NCBI GenBank assembly: GCA_965235115.1
Contig: OZ249436.1
Location: forward strand, 21,764,001-21,828,000
From: Laetmonice hystrix
Taxonomy: Eukaryota
DNA length: 64,000 nucleotides
Direction of reading: 5' to 3'
Shown: positions 25,865 through 40,800 of the stretch, in pieces
Position numbering within the stretch: the first letter of the stretch is position 1
Layout of the letters: every line of letters starts with the position of its first letter
Notes under the pieces: generated by a model
What the model was told of the DNA's origin: nothing
Seen by the model: the letters and a program-made list of their open reading frames with translations, nothing else
Database searches by the model: none
Program-made: the position numbers and the translations under genes

Positions 25865-28800
25865 TCATATATCCCAACTGAAGAGATGGTGTTTGACCAA
25901 CATGTCCCGCACGCCCTCCTTCAGGGGTTGGCAGAAGTCCTTCTTTAGAGGAATCTCCCAATCCTGAGATAGATTGAAAGCGAACTGTGAAAGGATTCTG
26001 TAAAGCAAGCAAAGCACAACCACCAGGTTAGTTTGTAATGTTAGTGTCGAGTTCAGGAGGCTAGGAAGTTTGACCCGCACGCTCACATTCGCGCCCATTT
26101 GCTTTCCCCGAATGAACGAAGGTTGCCGAAGATTGCCAAAAGGACTCGAGTGTGAGAATGCTAACCACGGTGGCTGACAGTCTGTGTTGCTGGCTTGGTG
26201 CTCCACAGGTATGGTGTTTACCCCGAGGTACTTACTGATACTAGGGCTCCTCTAGCCTTAACAACGTTATTTTCAATGTCTCGCAATGTGCAGTACATTT
26301 CACATACCATTACTTTAGAATAAGATACATTTTAAAATTAATAATAGCATATAATAAATATTTTGGTACTTGATTGGGGCTCCTCTCTTTTCTTTAGAAA
26401 GAGTTTCAGGAAACCCCTGGATATAGTAAAAGCACTAAAGGCGCTGGATGTGGAGCCTTTCGCTCTCACAGACTGTCAGACCACCACTGCATCTTAGTTT
26501 CATATGTCCTGCCGCTACAGTGCTCAGAAGTAGAGTTGGCTTAGTGCGGCGGGTCCCGTCACCAATGAATCAGTTCATGCAACCTACAGTAGGAAAACGA
26601 AGGGAAGAAATAGACAATCAGTTGGCAGGGACGGTTCCAGGACGGTTACTGGTAGTCGGGTGGGCGGTACTGGACCATTTACGCAGGGGCAAAAATTTCG
26701 CTTTAAATTTTGTAACGCTGGTTCTATTGGTGCTCCAAGGTAGTAATGCCCCTGCGCCAACCCCCAACCCCCTCTCAAGGGATCTGCACCTGATTTGAGA
26801 CATCTGCCAGTAATACTCTTTAGTTAGGAAGTCTGACAAATATGCGCAGGATTGTCAGAGAACCGTCTAAGATCTTCAACAGGTTCCTCATTCACGAGGT
26901 ACGATAATATTAACTGCCTCACAGGTCTACGTCTGGTACTCTTCCAACATCCTGTGACCAAATTCATTTATGTTAGGTGGATCTCTGAAGCCCTGTGACC
27001 CCATGACCTGCCTGGCATGAATTTGACCTTCTCGGCTGGTTTGTCATGTCGGGTCCTCACTCTTCCAGTTTCATTTCACATTTCACTTCACACATGACAT
27101 CATAATTATTAGAAAGAAAAATCACTTACAGAGGTACGCATACAATTCTTCTTATGAAAAGTTTTTTCATCGGCAGCTCTGGCAAGACTGGCGTATTAGA
27201 AATGTTTAGAAGAGGAAGACTAATTCTATCACATTTACTCTCTTACCATTAGTGTTATGTGCATACCGCGGATAAACAACCTAACGTACTTATGTTTCTC
27301 TGTTAGTAGTAGCTGACTAGTATCAGTGAAATTCCGCCCTATTTACATCTAGTGTGAACAACAGACTCTAGTTTTTCCTCACGCCTGCACATTAAGTTCT
27401 GGTGCGTCTGTAGATTTTTGGATTGGGATTTCTCTTGTAACAACGAAGAATACGATGAAATATCCAGACTGCAGTGAATTCATGTTATCATTTTTCTCGG
27501 TACTGAATGAACATGAAACTTGTTTATCTGTACAGCTAACAACACCTTGACTACGAAATATATTCCTTCCTTCCCACCTTCCCAAGGAGAAACAAACCAG
27601 ACAATATTCTGACCTCTTCCACGGATTTAGTGAAGCCAATTTAGACCAGCTCAACCGCCAATACTGATGCGCATTACCGGGTACATCCCATTTCTTACAT
27701 TCACCAGTGGTGCAGAAATTGCCTCTAGACCTATCTTGTTTCTGTAAGAACTTCTCCTGAGATGCTCTTTCTGTGGAGGCTGTGATACAGCCAAGGCCTG
27801 TCGACCCAATGACGGCTTGCCCATTTCAGAGGTCCCAGCTAAAGAGGTGATGTTTTATCAACATATCTCGCACCCCTTTCTTTAACTCTGCCTGATGCCG
27901 GTGTGCTATCTTCCGCTTGGGTAGCTCCCAATCTTGTGAGAGGTTAAATGCAAATTGTGCCACTACTCTGCAATGGAAGATTGGTCAGAAGCAGGCATTA
28001 GTAAGGGACTAACGTGAGCGGCAAAGGCCAGTGCTGGTAGAAAGGTCAGCATTCGTTGATGGCATCTGAGGGAACATTCATTGGTGGCAAGGGAAGCATC
28101 AATGGTTAGCAGAGGCGGGTTAGTCATTTTAAAACGCATTCTGATCTTCGTACTTCCACGTCCTAGTTTCCAATTACCGAAAATGAAACCGCAGTAGGAG
28201 AGAGTCCTAATCACAATACATTGTATATGTAATGACTCGCAGCACAACCCGGATCAAAAATGACCGTAAAACACGAGTAATATCTATTTGAACTTAGGTG
28301 ATAATGACTAAAATAGTAACTTGAGGCTTGTAGACGTTAAACTTCTTCACAGCTAGAACTGGTATTGACTGAAGAGCTAATAATCTATCGGCATGTACCC
28401 CTAAACAACAGCAAAGACATGCAGAAGACTAGACATCTGAATTTTTGCATCCATTATTGCGAATAATACACACCCATTATTGCGAATAATCATTTCCACA
28501 CTGTATATATTTTCTGGAATCATCAGGAGTTACCATATATATTAACATTCCCCCACAAAGGACCATCTTTGCTGTAGTAAAAGCTCTCTTAAAGGGACCA
28601 AATAAGCTGATCAACAGCATATATTTACAACAAAAAAGTAATGCAAATATCAGGAAAATCCAGGTCAAGAACTCTGCGTGAAGGCATAGCTGGATTCTGT
28701 CGTCCAATCTAAAATAACATGTAATTACGGTTCAGTAATGCTCCGGCAAGATCCCACAGAACGGCAGATAACATTCACACATTCAGGGAGATTATACAAG

Positions 28801-31800
28801 TTGAAGGTGAACAGTCGCAGGAGTTGTTCAAAGGTTCATTCTGGTCAAAGCTGCCAGCTGAAAAGGTGGTGCTTGATCAACATGTCCTGTACATTTAGAT
28901 GGACGTCATCAAATATTCGCTTTCGCCTTTTTTTCAGTAGCTCCCAGTCAAGACAGAGTCTAAATGACAATGGTGCAAGGATCCTGCAAGTAATAACACC
29001 AGGTAATATTGGAGGAATTAATGAAGTCAGGTAACAATGGTGTATATCGGGAAGTTATTGGTCGGTGTCGCCAGTCCTGACCATGCCACTGTTTGGATTC
29101 ACGGGGTCATACAATACAGAAATCATCCAGGGATAATAAAAAAATGAAAGCCAAAAAAAAAAGAGAGAACATTGTCTTCACAAAAGTATCTCAGCAAGCC
29201 TGCAAACAGTTTAGTCTCATGTTTGGGTTGTATTATTTGTATTTCTTTCTGTTTTCCCCTTGAATTTTTTTTCAAATTGATTTGTAATGTACCCATAAAA
29301 GATGTACAACAAAAGACGGATACACTGCTGACCTGAGTTCACACTTGATCTGCACCCATCCTGGACTTCGTATAAACGACCACGGATGGTACCACTTCTC
29401 CACGATGTCAACACATGAACACAACGTTTCCAACCAAAGGTGCAGCACCTGCTCACTGCAATGTCAGAGGATAAGGCAACATGCTTCAATGAAAATACAA
29501 TGTATACCTTTCCTCCGGACGCTCTTTGCTCAGATGAAACCCAATGACTTCTATCACTCACATAGTGAGCAGTGAAGGGAGGATCTAGTATCATGATACA
29601 AATTACTGTAATAGACCTGCCGCTTTCCTCAAGCTAATTTCAAAATCCTTAAATACAGAGTGTGTCTTTACATCACATTCAATAACTTGTATTTCTACTC
29701 ACTTAAGTCCACAGCATATAAGCGACCTAAACTTGACATCCATCTGAGCGTGGGCTGAGTCGTGGGTTAAATTCACGGACTGCACAGCCTGTCAACACAG
29801 AGGTTTTACATTACATTCACTTTATGAACAGATAACCTATAGTTATAATATAAGTCACTATATGAAAACATAAGAATTTTACTAAATTTATGTAACGTAA
29901 TTTGTTAGAAAGTGATCACTTCCATAGTCATAAAAATAATCCACAATATAAAAACAGAAGAATATTTATTTAATTAAAGTAACGTAATTTGTTAAAAAGT
30001 GACCACTTCCATAGTCATAAATATAAGCCACAATATAAAAACATAAGAATTTTTACTTAATTTAGGTAACAGAATTTGTTAGAAAGTGGTCATTTCCACT
30101 CTACCTTACAAAATACATACTTACCTGGCATATGATCATATCTCTATACATTTTGTATTTAGAACCATGTTCTCGGTTTCTAACACTGAATAATCTTCAA
30201 ATAAACGTGAATAAGCCTGTCACTGAGCAACAGTTCATAAATACCGGTACATGTGTAATATATGAACTGATTAACATTCATTTAAATTAACATTCATGTA
30301 CGTAGTACCGTAATGTAAAAACTACCGTATTTATGAAGGTCAATAAGGACTCACCCGATAGAGGATCTCCTCAGGAGTAAGTACCTTGCCGTCTTCATCC
30401 AATCTGAAATTATCAACATGAACAATTTCTTTATCCAGGTCAGGGGTTGAAATTCAGTGGTCAAGGCGCTCGGCTAGATGTCCACAACCAGTGGACAGGG
30501 AAGGTACCCACGATGTCAGGCGGGGGGGGGGGGGGGCTTACACCGATAGATTTCAGGGTACATTTCATTCCAACTATTCTGTGTCGTGATGTGGAAACGA
30601 GGACTGTTAAGTTTTAACTTTTTTTTTTCTTCAAAATGTTTAATTTGTATGGGACTAGAAGATAGAAAAATATATATTCTATGATTTATAGGTCTGCATC
30701 GTACCGTGAGATCTAATACAAGTCTATTAGAAGCCCACTTATATGCTGGCTTCTTTCTCCATGCCTGAATTTGTATAGTATCTTATGATCTGAAACTGAG
30801 CCAAAACATCCTTTGTCATAACACTGAAGGCCATCATATGTGACTTGACATGTCCCCCAAAAAGTGTCTCCCTAAACAAAATGATCACATCGTATGTATA
30901 AGTTTCTCTTGGCCACACGTGCATTGAAAGTCGCTGTGGTCACCTGGCCATTGTGCAATGAAGCATGAATTTATCTGGACCTAACGGAGACAGATAATCT
31001 AATAATTTCAGTGACTCATCTTTCAAGGATCATCTGAATTTCTCTGTTTTTCACACAGGTTTTAATCCCCCCCCCCCCGGTGTAACGCTAAACGTATGTG
31101 CACCCGAGGAAAACCCTTTTAAAAAGTGTTAAAGTGACAATTTTGGGGGGCATTCTGTAGAGGTTAGTTATGTAAATTCACAGCTTTCACGTGCTGTCTA
31201 ATTATAGCCCATGCTTGGTCTTTTGTAACAGGTGCCCAAGGCCTTCTGTGGTTCTGACATCGGTGACAAACAGTCAGTCAGGTCCAAACTGTCACCTTAC
31301 ATTCTCACTAAAGGCCAACACACACACTGCGACTGCTTGCAACTCCTTGCGACGCGACCGTCGTGACCCAGTTTTTAACCCGAGCTCATCTATACAGGAC
31401 GGAATGGAGTCTTGCGACGGTCGCAGAGGTTCTGGCACTGTCAGAACGTCTGCGACCGTCGCAGGCTGTTGCAGGCCACTCATTGCCATAGCGACGGACC
31501 GTCGTGAGACCGTCGTGCGACGGGTAATCGCAGTGTGTGTGTTGGCCTTAAGATTACAATGTGCTAGTTTTCACTGAATGGGGAGGGGAGGAGATTAAAA
31601 CCTGTGCGAAAAACATAGAAATTCAGATGATCCTCCAAAGAAATTATCTGTCTCTGTTACTGTTAGGTAGCTAAACATTCCAACTCCAAGTATGTTTTCA
31701 GTGTAGAGGCCTACTGAGGGATATGCTCCCGGTGTTTGCCTCGCTGTTATTGTCAGTGTGTGCATGAGAGTTTGGGATTGTATGTAGGTCATGTTGTCAA

Positions 31801-34800
31801 ACTGTCAGTAGTGCTGAAAAACTTGAGGCTGAATGTGGGTTAGGTATGTTTTCAGCCGTCAGGTCAACCCAAGGAATGTTGCCCAGTACACAGGCAGGCC
31901 TGGGCGCGTCATATCTCATTGGGAAGTACCATATCGTACGTAAGAAACGAGGTCATATCCCCAAGCCGAGGTCAGGTCCTCTCACTTCACCTTTCTGCAC
32001 CGTAGCAAATATACATTTGTAATTCTCTCTGATCTAAACCAGACAGTTCAACGGGGTAAAGTTAGTCATCTTTGCTACCTAGTACCAGCCAAACGGCCGC
32101 ACAAATCCCTGCTTATCACAGTACAGTCTTCTTCCTGTCAATGACACTCATTAATATCAGGTTGTTTTCTTTTGATGTTTTTAGTTAGACTTAAATACAT
32201 ACCGGGTACCAGTTCAAAAAGGTACACTTCCATTTCAGCAACAAAATCCAGGGGCGGATCCGAGAGGGGGGGGGGGGGGGGGTCCAGGGTGGTCCCTACC
32301 TATCGGCCCGCGCATGTTATTGGTAGACTAGGCCTGACTGCTTTCAGAAACTTTGAACACAATTTCTGTCTCCAGATGCAAGGAAATAGCAGGATTTTTT
32401 GCTTTCTAAATTCAAATATCTTCTACCCCCCAGGCATGAACCATGACATTAGGTCATAAGATATTGGACCCCCCCCCCCCCCCAACCTTTTCAAAAAGCT
32501 GGATCCGCCCCTGAAATCAGAACTATACCTTTCTTTGCTCTAACTTAGTCTAAAAGGCGCCCTCGATAGACATATAGGCCTAGTAGTGACACCAAGTGCC
32601 CATTCCGGGTGTTGATCAGGAATTCAGGCTGTAGAAGGTTCTACCCGTGTCCTACACAATTCTATCAAGTTTGTTTACTGTTATGTTAGATATGTGTGGC
32701 CAGTAAGGCCGAAGTGAATAATAATCAAAAATGGTACATGATGTATACACTTCTTTCAGCCTGAAGACAAAACGTCTCGCCAAAGGGGAAGTCATACATG
32801 CGTGCCAAGTATAAACTGTAAGGGTGAATGCATTTGGCAATACTTGTAAACTCTTTGTCTCTTATTTCATTTTACGGTTTACTGCCATTATTTCTTGGCA
32901 GAAAGCAACTAGAATCGTGATTTAAAAGCGGGCCCCAAAAGAAACTGCATATGTTGTTGGATGTTTATGAGAAGAAATTCTCAGAGATTAGATGGGAAAG
33001 ACTCCATGAGCACTGAAACCGAACTCAGTTTTTCATGTATCTTGAGTACCGGTAACATATGCGATGTACTAGGAAGACTTAATAAATCCCACATGGAAAC
33101 CTATTGCTAAATCAGTGCCGCATCCTTGCATAGAGTTGAACAAAAATATGAGTTTCTTCTACCGTAACCTACCTCAAACATGTATCTTACACCCGCCATA
33201 TCATTATGTCGCAGGTGATGCCTTTCTTATAGTCTAATTAAATATAAAGCAGCAAATGACCCGACGAATAATATATAGAAAAGTACAGTGTAAAACACTA
33301 GCATTAGCAGTACATACATGGACCGTTTAATACCGTTGACACACCGACACTCCAATGCGCTTCAAAGCTCACTGATACGGTTCGTGACACACCAAACACG
33401 GTTCCCATGCAATGCGCATTGAATCGCATTGAACCCAAACCACATCCATATGTGGATTGATACACGTCGATTCGATTCGATACGGTTCGCTTTTGCAGTG
33501 TGTCCACGGGAATACGGTTCTGTTCGTTTTTTGCTGCGCTCGTGTTGCGGAGTTTTCCCCAGAGGATTGCGCATTGGGAACCGTTTTTGGGGTGTCACGA
33601 ACCGTATCAATGCGAATTGAAGCGCTTCGAAGCGCATTGGAGCGTCGGTGTGTCAACAGTATTAGCAACTGTTTCAATGCAATTCAATGCGCATCGAAGC
33701 GCATTGACAAAAACCGTTTTTGGTGGGTCAACGGTATAACTGGGGGAGCAATTATCAGCAAAAATTTAATAATACATGGATTAACTAAAACGGGTCACTA
33801 CAACCTAGCAACACCAGCAATGGGCGGTGGGGTGTGGGGCGTGGGTGAAGGAAGGGGCGCTAAACTGTAGGTGCACCAGAGGGGGTGGGGGGGGGGGGGT
33901 GGGGGTCTGGGCACATGTCTTTTAGAACATACAGCCCCAAAAGTTGTGGGTATAACACCTCTCATGGCGTTTCTGGGTACTCCATTCTCAAACCATGACA
34001 TTTTAGGCCTGGAAATCTACTACGCCTACTTAATCACCTTCTTAATCACGTGGTGGATTCGTGACTTGACTTTATCCACGACGATTTGTCAGTCCAACCA
34101 GTTTTTCAATATATGTGAGTTTCTGGCATTAGAATACACGGTTTATTTCAGCCTGTATGGCCATGTGGCGAGCTGGAAGCTCTGCACTGGGACACGGGCC
34201 AACTGCCATGTTCTCAACAGCTTTTTAGAGACCATGTCATTCTTATAGGGCTCCCTCAAAGTTTACAGTAGCTCAGCTGCGATTGTCATTCGAAACCACT
34301 TTATCTTAACGCTGATGACTTTTCCTTCCTTCTGAGGCCTCGAGCAGTTCAACTGGGTTTTTCCATAACATACATTCTTACGTAAACAGATGCACAAAGA
34401 GTCATGTTTCCAGTGTTCCATGCAAGACAAAAATATGTACATTGTTTTCAGTACCACCAAGTGGAAAACGTGCGCCCTTCCTCCTTGGTTTTGGATTCAT
34501 TTCCAATATTCAACAACTGTTGTACTTTAAACAGTTCAGAGCAATGATTTTCATAAATTACATTTTCCCAACTGATTGGGAATAGAAAATAAGATTCATA
34601 TGAATGTCGACCTTGGTGGTCATATTATTCTTTACTTTTGAGGTCCATATTATTAAGTATCTTTTTCTGAAGTGAACCACTTTACTACAGCGTTTCATAA
34701 AGGCCCGGGTGTTGAATGACATGGGAGAGTGGGCACGAATGTGTACGCCCCTGTTTGACAAGAACGTATAGATCACAGAAAATGGGTCAAAGATAAAGTA

Positions 34801-37800
34801 GGTGGGCTCTTGGATGGAGGCGTTCCGCCGACCAAACATATGCAACAACTCGCTGGATTCAGTACACAGGTGGGGTGCACCTGTACTCTAGATATGTGAG
34901 ATTCTTTGAAACCAACTGAGGATGCATGATAAAGTTGAAGAAGTGCCTGCTTTATAACCACAAAGAAATCTGTTCATCTTCATCAACGTTTTCAGTTTTT
35001 TGTTTGCAATGACAACGTCACCTGATGTGAAAGTACATGTATACATAATGACTCTGCCAGAAAAAGTATCCTTAAGAACTAACTTCACTATTGCAATCTG
35101 TTCTGTTTTTTATTTGATCCTTTCAGAAGGGCTCGCTTTTTTTTCAGTTAGGTTTGTGTACTGCAGTTATCCTTCATCAAAATATCAGCTTCACTACCTA
35201 CTAGCAGTTATGTTTTAGAGACAACACTCTACTGCAAACAGAACGAAAAGGGATATGTTAAAAAAAACGAGGTGTTGACCATGACCTGCTTGGTTCATGG
35301 TCACCTTCTCCATCGGTCTGACAGGTTTCCTAGTATGATTATTAAAGTCTGTTTTAAAAATTGAGCATGCCTCGAGTCTCATGTTCAGATAGATTGTGTC
35401 TGTAAATGGCTCAGCGAGAGCTGTTAAATTATGTGTGACGGTTGCACAGCTCTGTCACCTAAACCGATCGTTCTTGTTCTCACCATCTTTTCTTCTGCCA
35501 CATTTTCAGCACAATAATGGAGCACAGATATACATGTATGTCTGTCATGATGATCTCATCCTTGAAGATGATGGCACAATTCCAAAGTGCCATTTATTAA
35601 TACCTGGCAAACGGCTGAATGACAGATGAGTCATGCTGATTCTCTGGTCTTGCCAAAAATTCTGTAAAAGTTTTCGACTCTAAGAAACTATTCCTTCGCT
35701 TGAAATCAACACACTTAGTAACCTGTGGTACTGGCTTGGCGGTGTGGAAGGAAGCGCCCTTTTTCCCATGACCTTTGAACAAACGGTATGTGTTTACCTC
35801 TTAGGAAATTTAGGCTCTGAGTGCTGGCACATGTGACCAACTAGGCCCAAGTGACCAACTTCTGACCCAAACTTTATCAAATACAAACACCTTGACAAGC
35901 CAAGGAAAAGTTACATCACTAACTTTAGAAATGTCCAGTGATCTGCCACCAAGTTATATGTCAAACTCTTGATTTTTTTGGACCGACAGAAGGGCATCAC
36001 GTGCCAAAATCTATACCAGATCTTCCACTTTTTCCAAGTGATACATTGACCCATGCACTATGCCTTATAAAAAAATTACAGATTCAGCTGCCAATGGTAG
36101 AGTTCTCACTGATGGATGGCAAGTTTTTAAATCTACACAGGAAAAGGTCACATAAACCGTTTACCCTCTGATCTGTCTAACTCACTGTACCAAGCTTCTA
36201 TTTTTCCTCTTCCTTCAACTTCAATCAGGTTTCACCGTTTGACAGAAGGCCGAGTAAAAAGCTAAATTACAAATTTCTGCCATCTTTTGGCAACTACGAT
36301 AGACTGCTGTTTGTTAATCCAGTGCCTGGCTTTAACATCTCAAGACTAACTAAGGTACATACATCCATGCAGTTGGCATACATCTTTAGCAAGAAAAAGA
36401 TTTATGTCTTAGCTGCTGTTACTTACCTAAACGTTTTACACAGGACCAGCCTGGAATATACTGATTCAAAGTCTTTCTCCACCTCCTTTGTTGCTGCCTG
36501 AAAAAAAAGTACAGGTGATAACATTTTTTACCAAAGTTGAGAAAACTCTACCCCTTCTGCACTCACAGACTACAGGAGAAAACGATAAACTAGAAAAGGA
36601 TTGAAAACTTTTCAAAATATACTCTTGTAGTGGGATGTAGGTATTAAAACCTTTATAAAACACTAAATGAAGTCCTGCAGAAGAAGAGAAAGAAGACGAT
36701 GGTTCGATTTTTTTACCTCCTCAATGAAGAGCCAGGGGTGACAAGCAGTGCCAAGGATAGTGGAACGCTTCAGTCCATGTTCAAATACTGCCTTCAGTGC
36801 TGGGCACAATCTGTGATCAAAAAACATCTTAACTCAGTAAGGACTCTTCCGAATTACAAACTCTGTAGCCTAATTATCCTTTAATTTCTAAATATTCTTT
36901 GTCCACTTTAGTAAAAAAGATGTGTATGTTGTACCCAGTGAAATTACCACACTATCTGAGAGACTTTCTTTACTTGCCAAACTTTTTAAAAGATGTTTGT
37001 ATTATACCCAGTGAAATTACCACTTTCATTACTTCATCATCCACGTACTCTGATAGATATTGTTTTCTAGACATTTAAAGTTCTGCTATGCTACATCATT
37101 CAGGTACATTAAAATGGCCACATACACGCCACGAGCCAGGTCTGTCACAGTTTCTGTAACGCTGTCATCACCAGCAGTCGAGTAATTTTTGCTCCTCTCA
37201 TCGAGGAGTTCCACAAACTTAGCTGGGAACCATCCGCGGAGACCGTTCAATTCCCCAATCCAGCAATGTTCATCTTTCTGGGACACAATCTTTGAAAGAA
37301 AACAATAAGTTCATTGATAAAGGGATAACTTCGATATTTACCAACTGTAGACTCTGGGCACACTTAACTGACTGAATCTGTGTAAAAACTGATGTCAGTC
37401 CTCACATTTAGTGGCCTTTGTTGAGGGCTTCAGCAGTCATAAGAGTCATACTCAGCCTCAGGACTCTAGGTGCATTTTGCAGAGTTTGTCATCACCATCA
37501 AGTGTGGACTTTTTGGCTTTCAGTCAACTGACAACTGACATCTTTATTCCTCTAGAAAGTGTCAATCATTCTCCAACTTCATTGCACAAATACGTAAATG
37601 TTTATCAGAAGTTTTGGTGAGTCATTATAATCTCCCTTCGGTATGACCCCTGAACTTTGTTTGGGAAAAATAAAAGGCTTATCAATGAAGCCATTCCCTG
37701 TAAACTCCTCTTATCAATGACCTTGACCTATGTGAGGAAAAATAATCTTTCCACACTCACTGTGATAATGTCATTTTTTCTAAAGCCCAGTTCATCGTCG

Positions 37801-40800
37801 TCATGTCTTTCAAAGTCAAGCAGAGCTTTGGCACGCCGGCGCTTGTTGCGGGCAACATTGACATAGTTTTCAAGGTCATGAGAATGACTCTCCATTGTGT
37901 AGTCTGCATGAAGATTCTGAAACGATAACAACAACAATTGTTATTTATCAGTGACATTTTTAATATGCAGGAAGTGTTTTGAATGTTCCTGTTTATGTTT
38001 TGACTTTGATGTCTCGACGTTTTGTCCTGTCTGCAAACATAACTAGGGGACATGTTACCCTGTTGAAACTGTCAGCACCTTGGTAGTTCTCAGATAAATT
38101 GTGAAATACATGTACTGTAGTTAATTGTAGTTAAACTATAAGTATAAAGGGACAGGCCTGCATTTTAAAGGACATTTCAGGGGCTGCTTACAAACTGAGC
38201 TAATTGTCTTAATACTGAAGAGGGGCTTTGATGTCCAACCTGACATATTTGTATGTCAAACAAAAGACCTGAATAGTAGATGACACCCTTCCTACAAACA
38301 CCACCAACCAAAATCATGAATAGCTTTAAAAAAAATTAACATAGAAGGTCCATCACAGCCTGCATCAGTAGTACCATTCTGTCTCATTCTGTCTCAAATC
38401 ATCATGAGGTAACCACACAATCATTACTTATCACATTTTCTTAATCCATGTGATTTGTGTAATTTTCTGGAATCATTTCAGCATTACCGGGTACTCTAGA
38501 CCGGTCCACATATCTAGTCACACTGTTATAGGCTTTTCAGTCTGCTCCAAGATACTTTTAATGTGTCCTCAAAATTTCAAAAACTTTGTTATCGTTTTTA
38601 TAAATTCAAGAGACCATTAGATGAGACGAGAGATGTTCTGATGAAGTAGATATGACTGCATTTGTGGTTGGGCTCAGGATCTCATTTTCACAAATGAACA
38701 CAGCACACAGAAACTTGAATATCACTCATTTTTTGTCTGCCTAAGGGCTAAAAACAAATGATCAATCAATTTTTTAATAAAGCATAACCAATCAAGTAAG
38801 TACATGTATAAAAAAATAGAAAGAAGCTATATTAAAGGGACTCCGTCAATTCCCCCCCAAATATGAAACGTACCTTTCATCCTTAGCAACATGATATTTA
38901 AATATGGTGGTCAAATAATGGCAACAAATCTAAGAAAATTACAAGTTTAGTCACCCGAGCATGGTCCGTGGAGTTTACAAACCACTGCCATGGCAAACCG
39001 GCATGGCTGCATGGAGTGAAGGAAGGCAATTACCGATGGCACATGCTGCTCCGTATTACAACTACATGCCCAGTTGTTTTGCTTCCAATTTATTACGAGA
39101 TTGCAGGTAAATCTAGGTTGTTTAATATGAGAGGGGGTCGATTTTGTGGCTTTTAATTGACGGGGCCCCTTTAAGAAGTTCTGAATACAAATTTTGAGAG
39201 CACCACACTGAAATTACATGCAAGTTCCTGATTTGGCTTCAGGATTATATCACTGTTTGTTTTTGAAACTCCACAGTTAAACTACAGTTCAACTCTCAAA
39301 ATTTGAATGACGCTTTTCTCCAACACACACCTTCTGACCTTTCTATGTCTAACAACCCATACGAATAACTAAGCATTACAAGAAAAAGTTACATTTACTA
39401 ACAACTACTATTGAATTTACTATCCTGCATGTTACAGGCCAATCACCCTCTCACACCTCATCAACCCTTATCCTGTCACAATTACTGTACATGCATGTTA
39501 GCACCATTATGTATTTTCTAGAATTAACACAGCAAACAAGAGTACTACTTTTAGTCTTTCATGGCAATGACTGACTGACAGTACACATGTACCTAGTAGA
39601 TATCAAGAAATAGAATGACAACACAGATTTACTGGACTAAATAGTAACATTGCTACTTGCATTATAAGGCAATGAGATAAATCATCTACAGGTCACCAAT
39701 ATTATTTTCTTTTAAAATCTGGACAAACTAGAACCAAGGGAACGACGTTGACTGAGGCTGCCATGCAGGATCTAGAGTGACAATCTTTACAACAAAATCT
39801 GTAGACAGGCACACCTACCCGTCTTGCTGCCTCTGGATCAGTTGTCTGAAAATGATATAAACACACAACCTGCACACCAGGGGGCACTCCTTCAGAATGG
39901 TTTAAAAAGGCAACACTAGATGGCGCCTCTGCATACTCAGTGTAGCAAAGTCTGATGACAGACAACTTACAACACTCAATTCCTTGCTGCCATTACCATT
40001 ACTCTTTACTACATTAAAGAATCATTAATTATGAAGCCTTATGGAAAGAGACGGTTCCCTTTGCAGACAAACTACTAAATTATAAACAATATATGAACTT
40101 CCTTAGATCATAAATAGATCTATTTAGAAACTTACGATTTTGTTGTTCTTTGGGTCCACAGATTGAAAGTGTCGGGCAACTTGAAGAATGGCTTCTCGTA
40201 GATCTACCAGTAATTCAGTTTGGCGGATATTCTTGGCCTTTCCCAGGTCGTCATCTTCTTGTTCTCCCCACAGGAGCAGCGATATGAGAGACCGCGACCT
40301 CTTCAACTGACGTTTTGTGAGTTGCTAAGGACAAACAGGCACTGGTTGACATCAGAAATACCAATCTATATATATTTATGAAATCACCGATAATTTAAAA
40401 AAAAGAAATCCTATTAATTTGCATATCGCAATAATGACATTGTCTGTTACTACACTTTCATAAATTAACCTCCCCCCTTTCAAAAAGTCCTGAACTATGG
40501 AAAAATTGCTCCACCTGTTTGGGAAGATTTCTGGTCGAGTCAGGGTTGACAATGGCGCCTTGGTCTGCCATTAAATAAGCAAGATGCTTACGTCGATGTG
40601 TCTCAACAATGACATCAGTCAAAGAGGATGCTATCCGGTGTGATATCTGCAAGTGAATGATGACATCTTTTAACATAATCACGTAACACAGCAATATGTA
40701 CAGGATGTAAAAGAGATGACATAAGAACTGGAAAATATTATTTCAATTAGAGTCTTGCAACGATATAATAATCAGAGGTTTCTATGCAAAGATTTAAATA

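Noticed and set aside
33304..33870. Cluster of overlapping ORFs on both strands
   Set aside because: They coincide with a palindromic MITE and show no protein-like signal.
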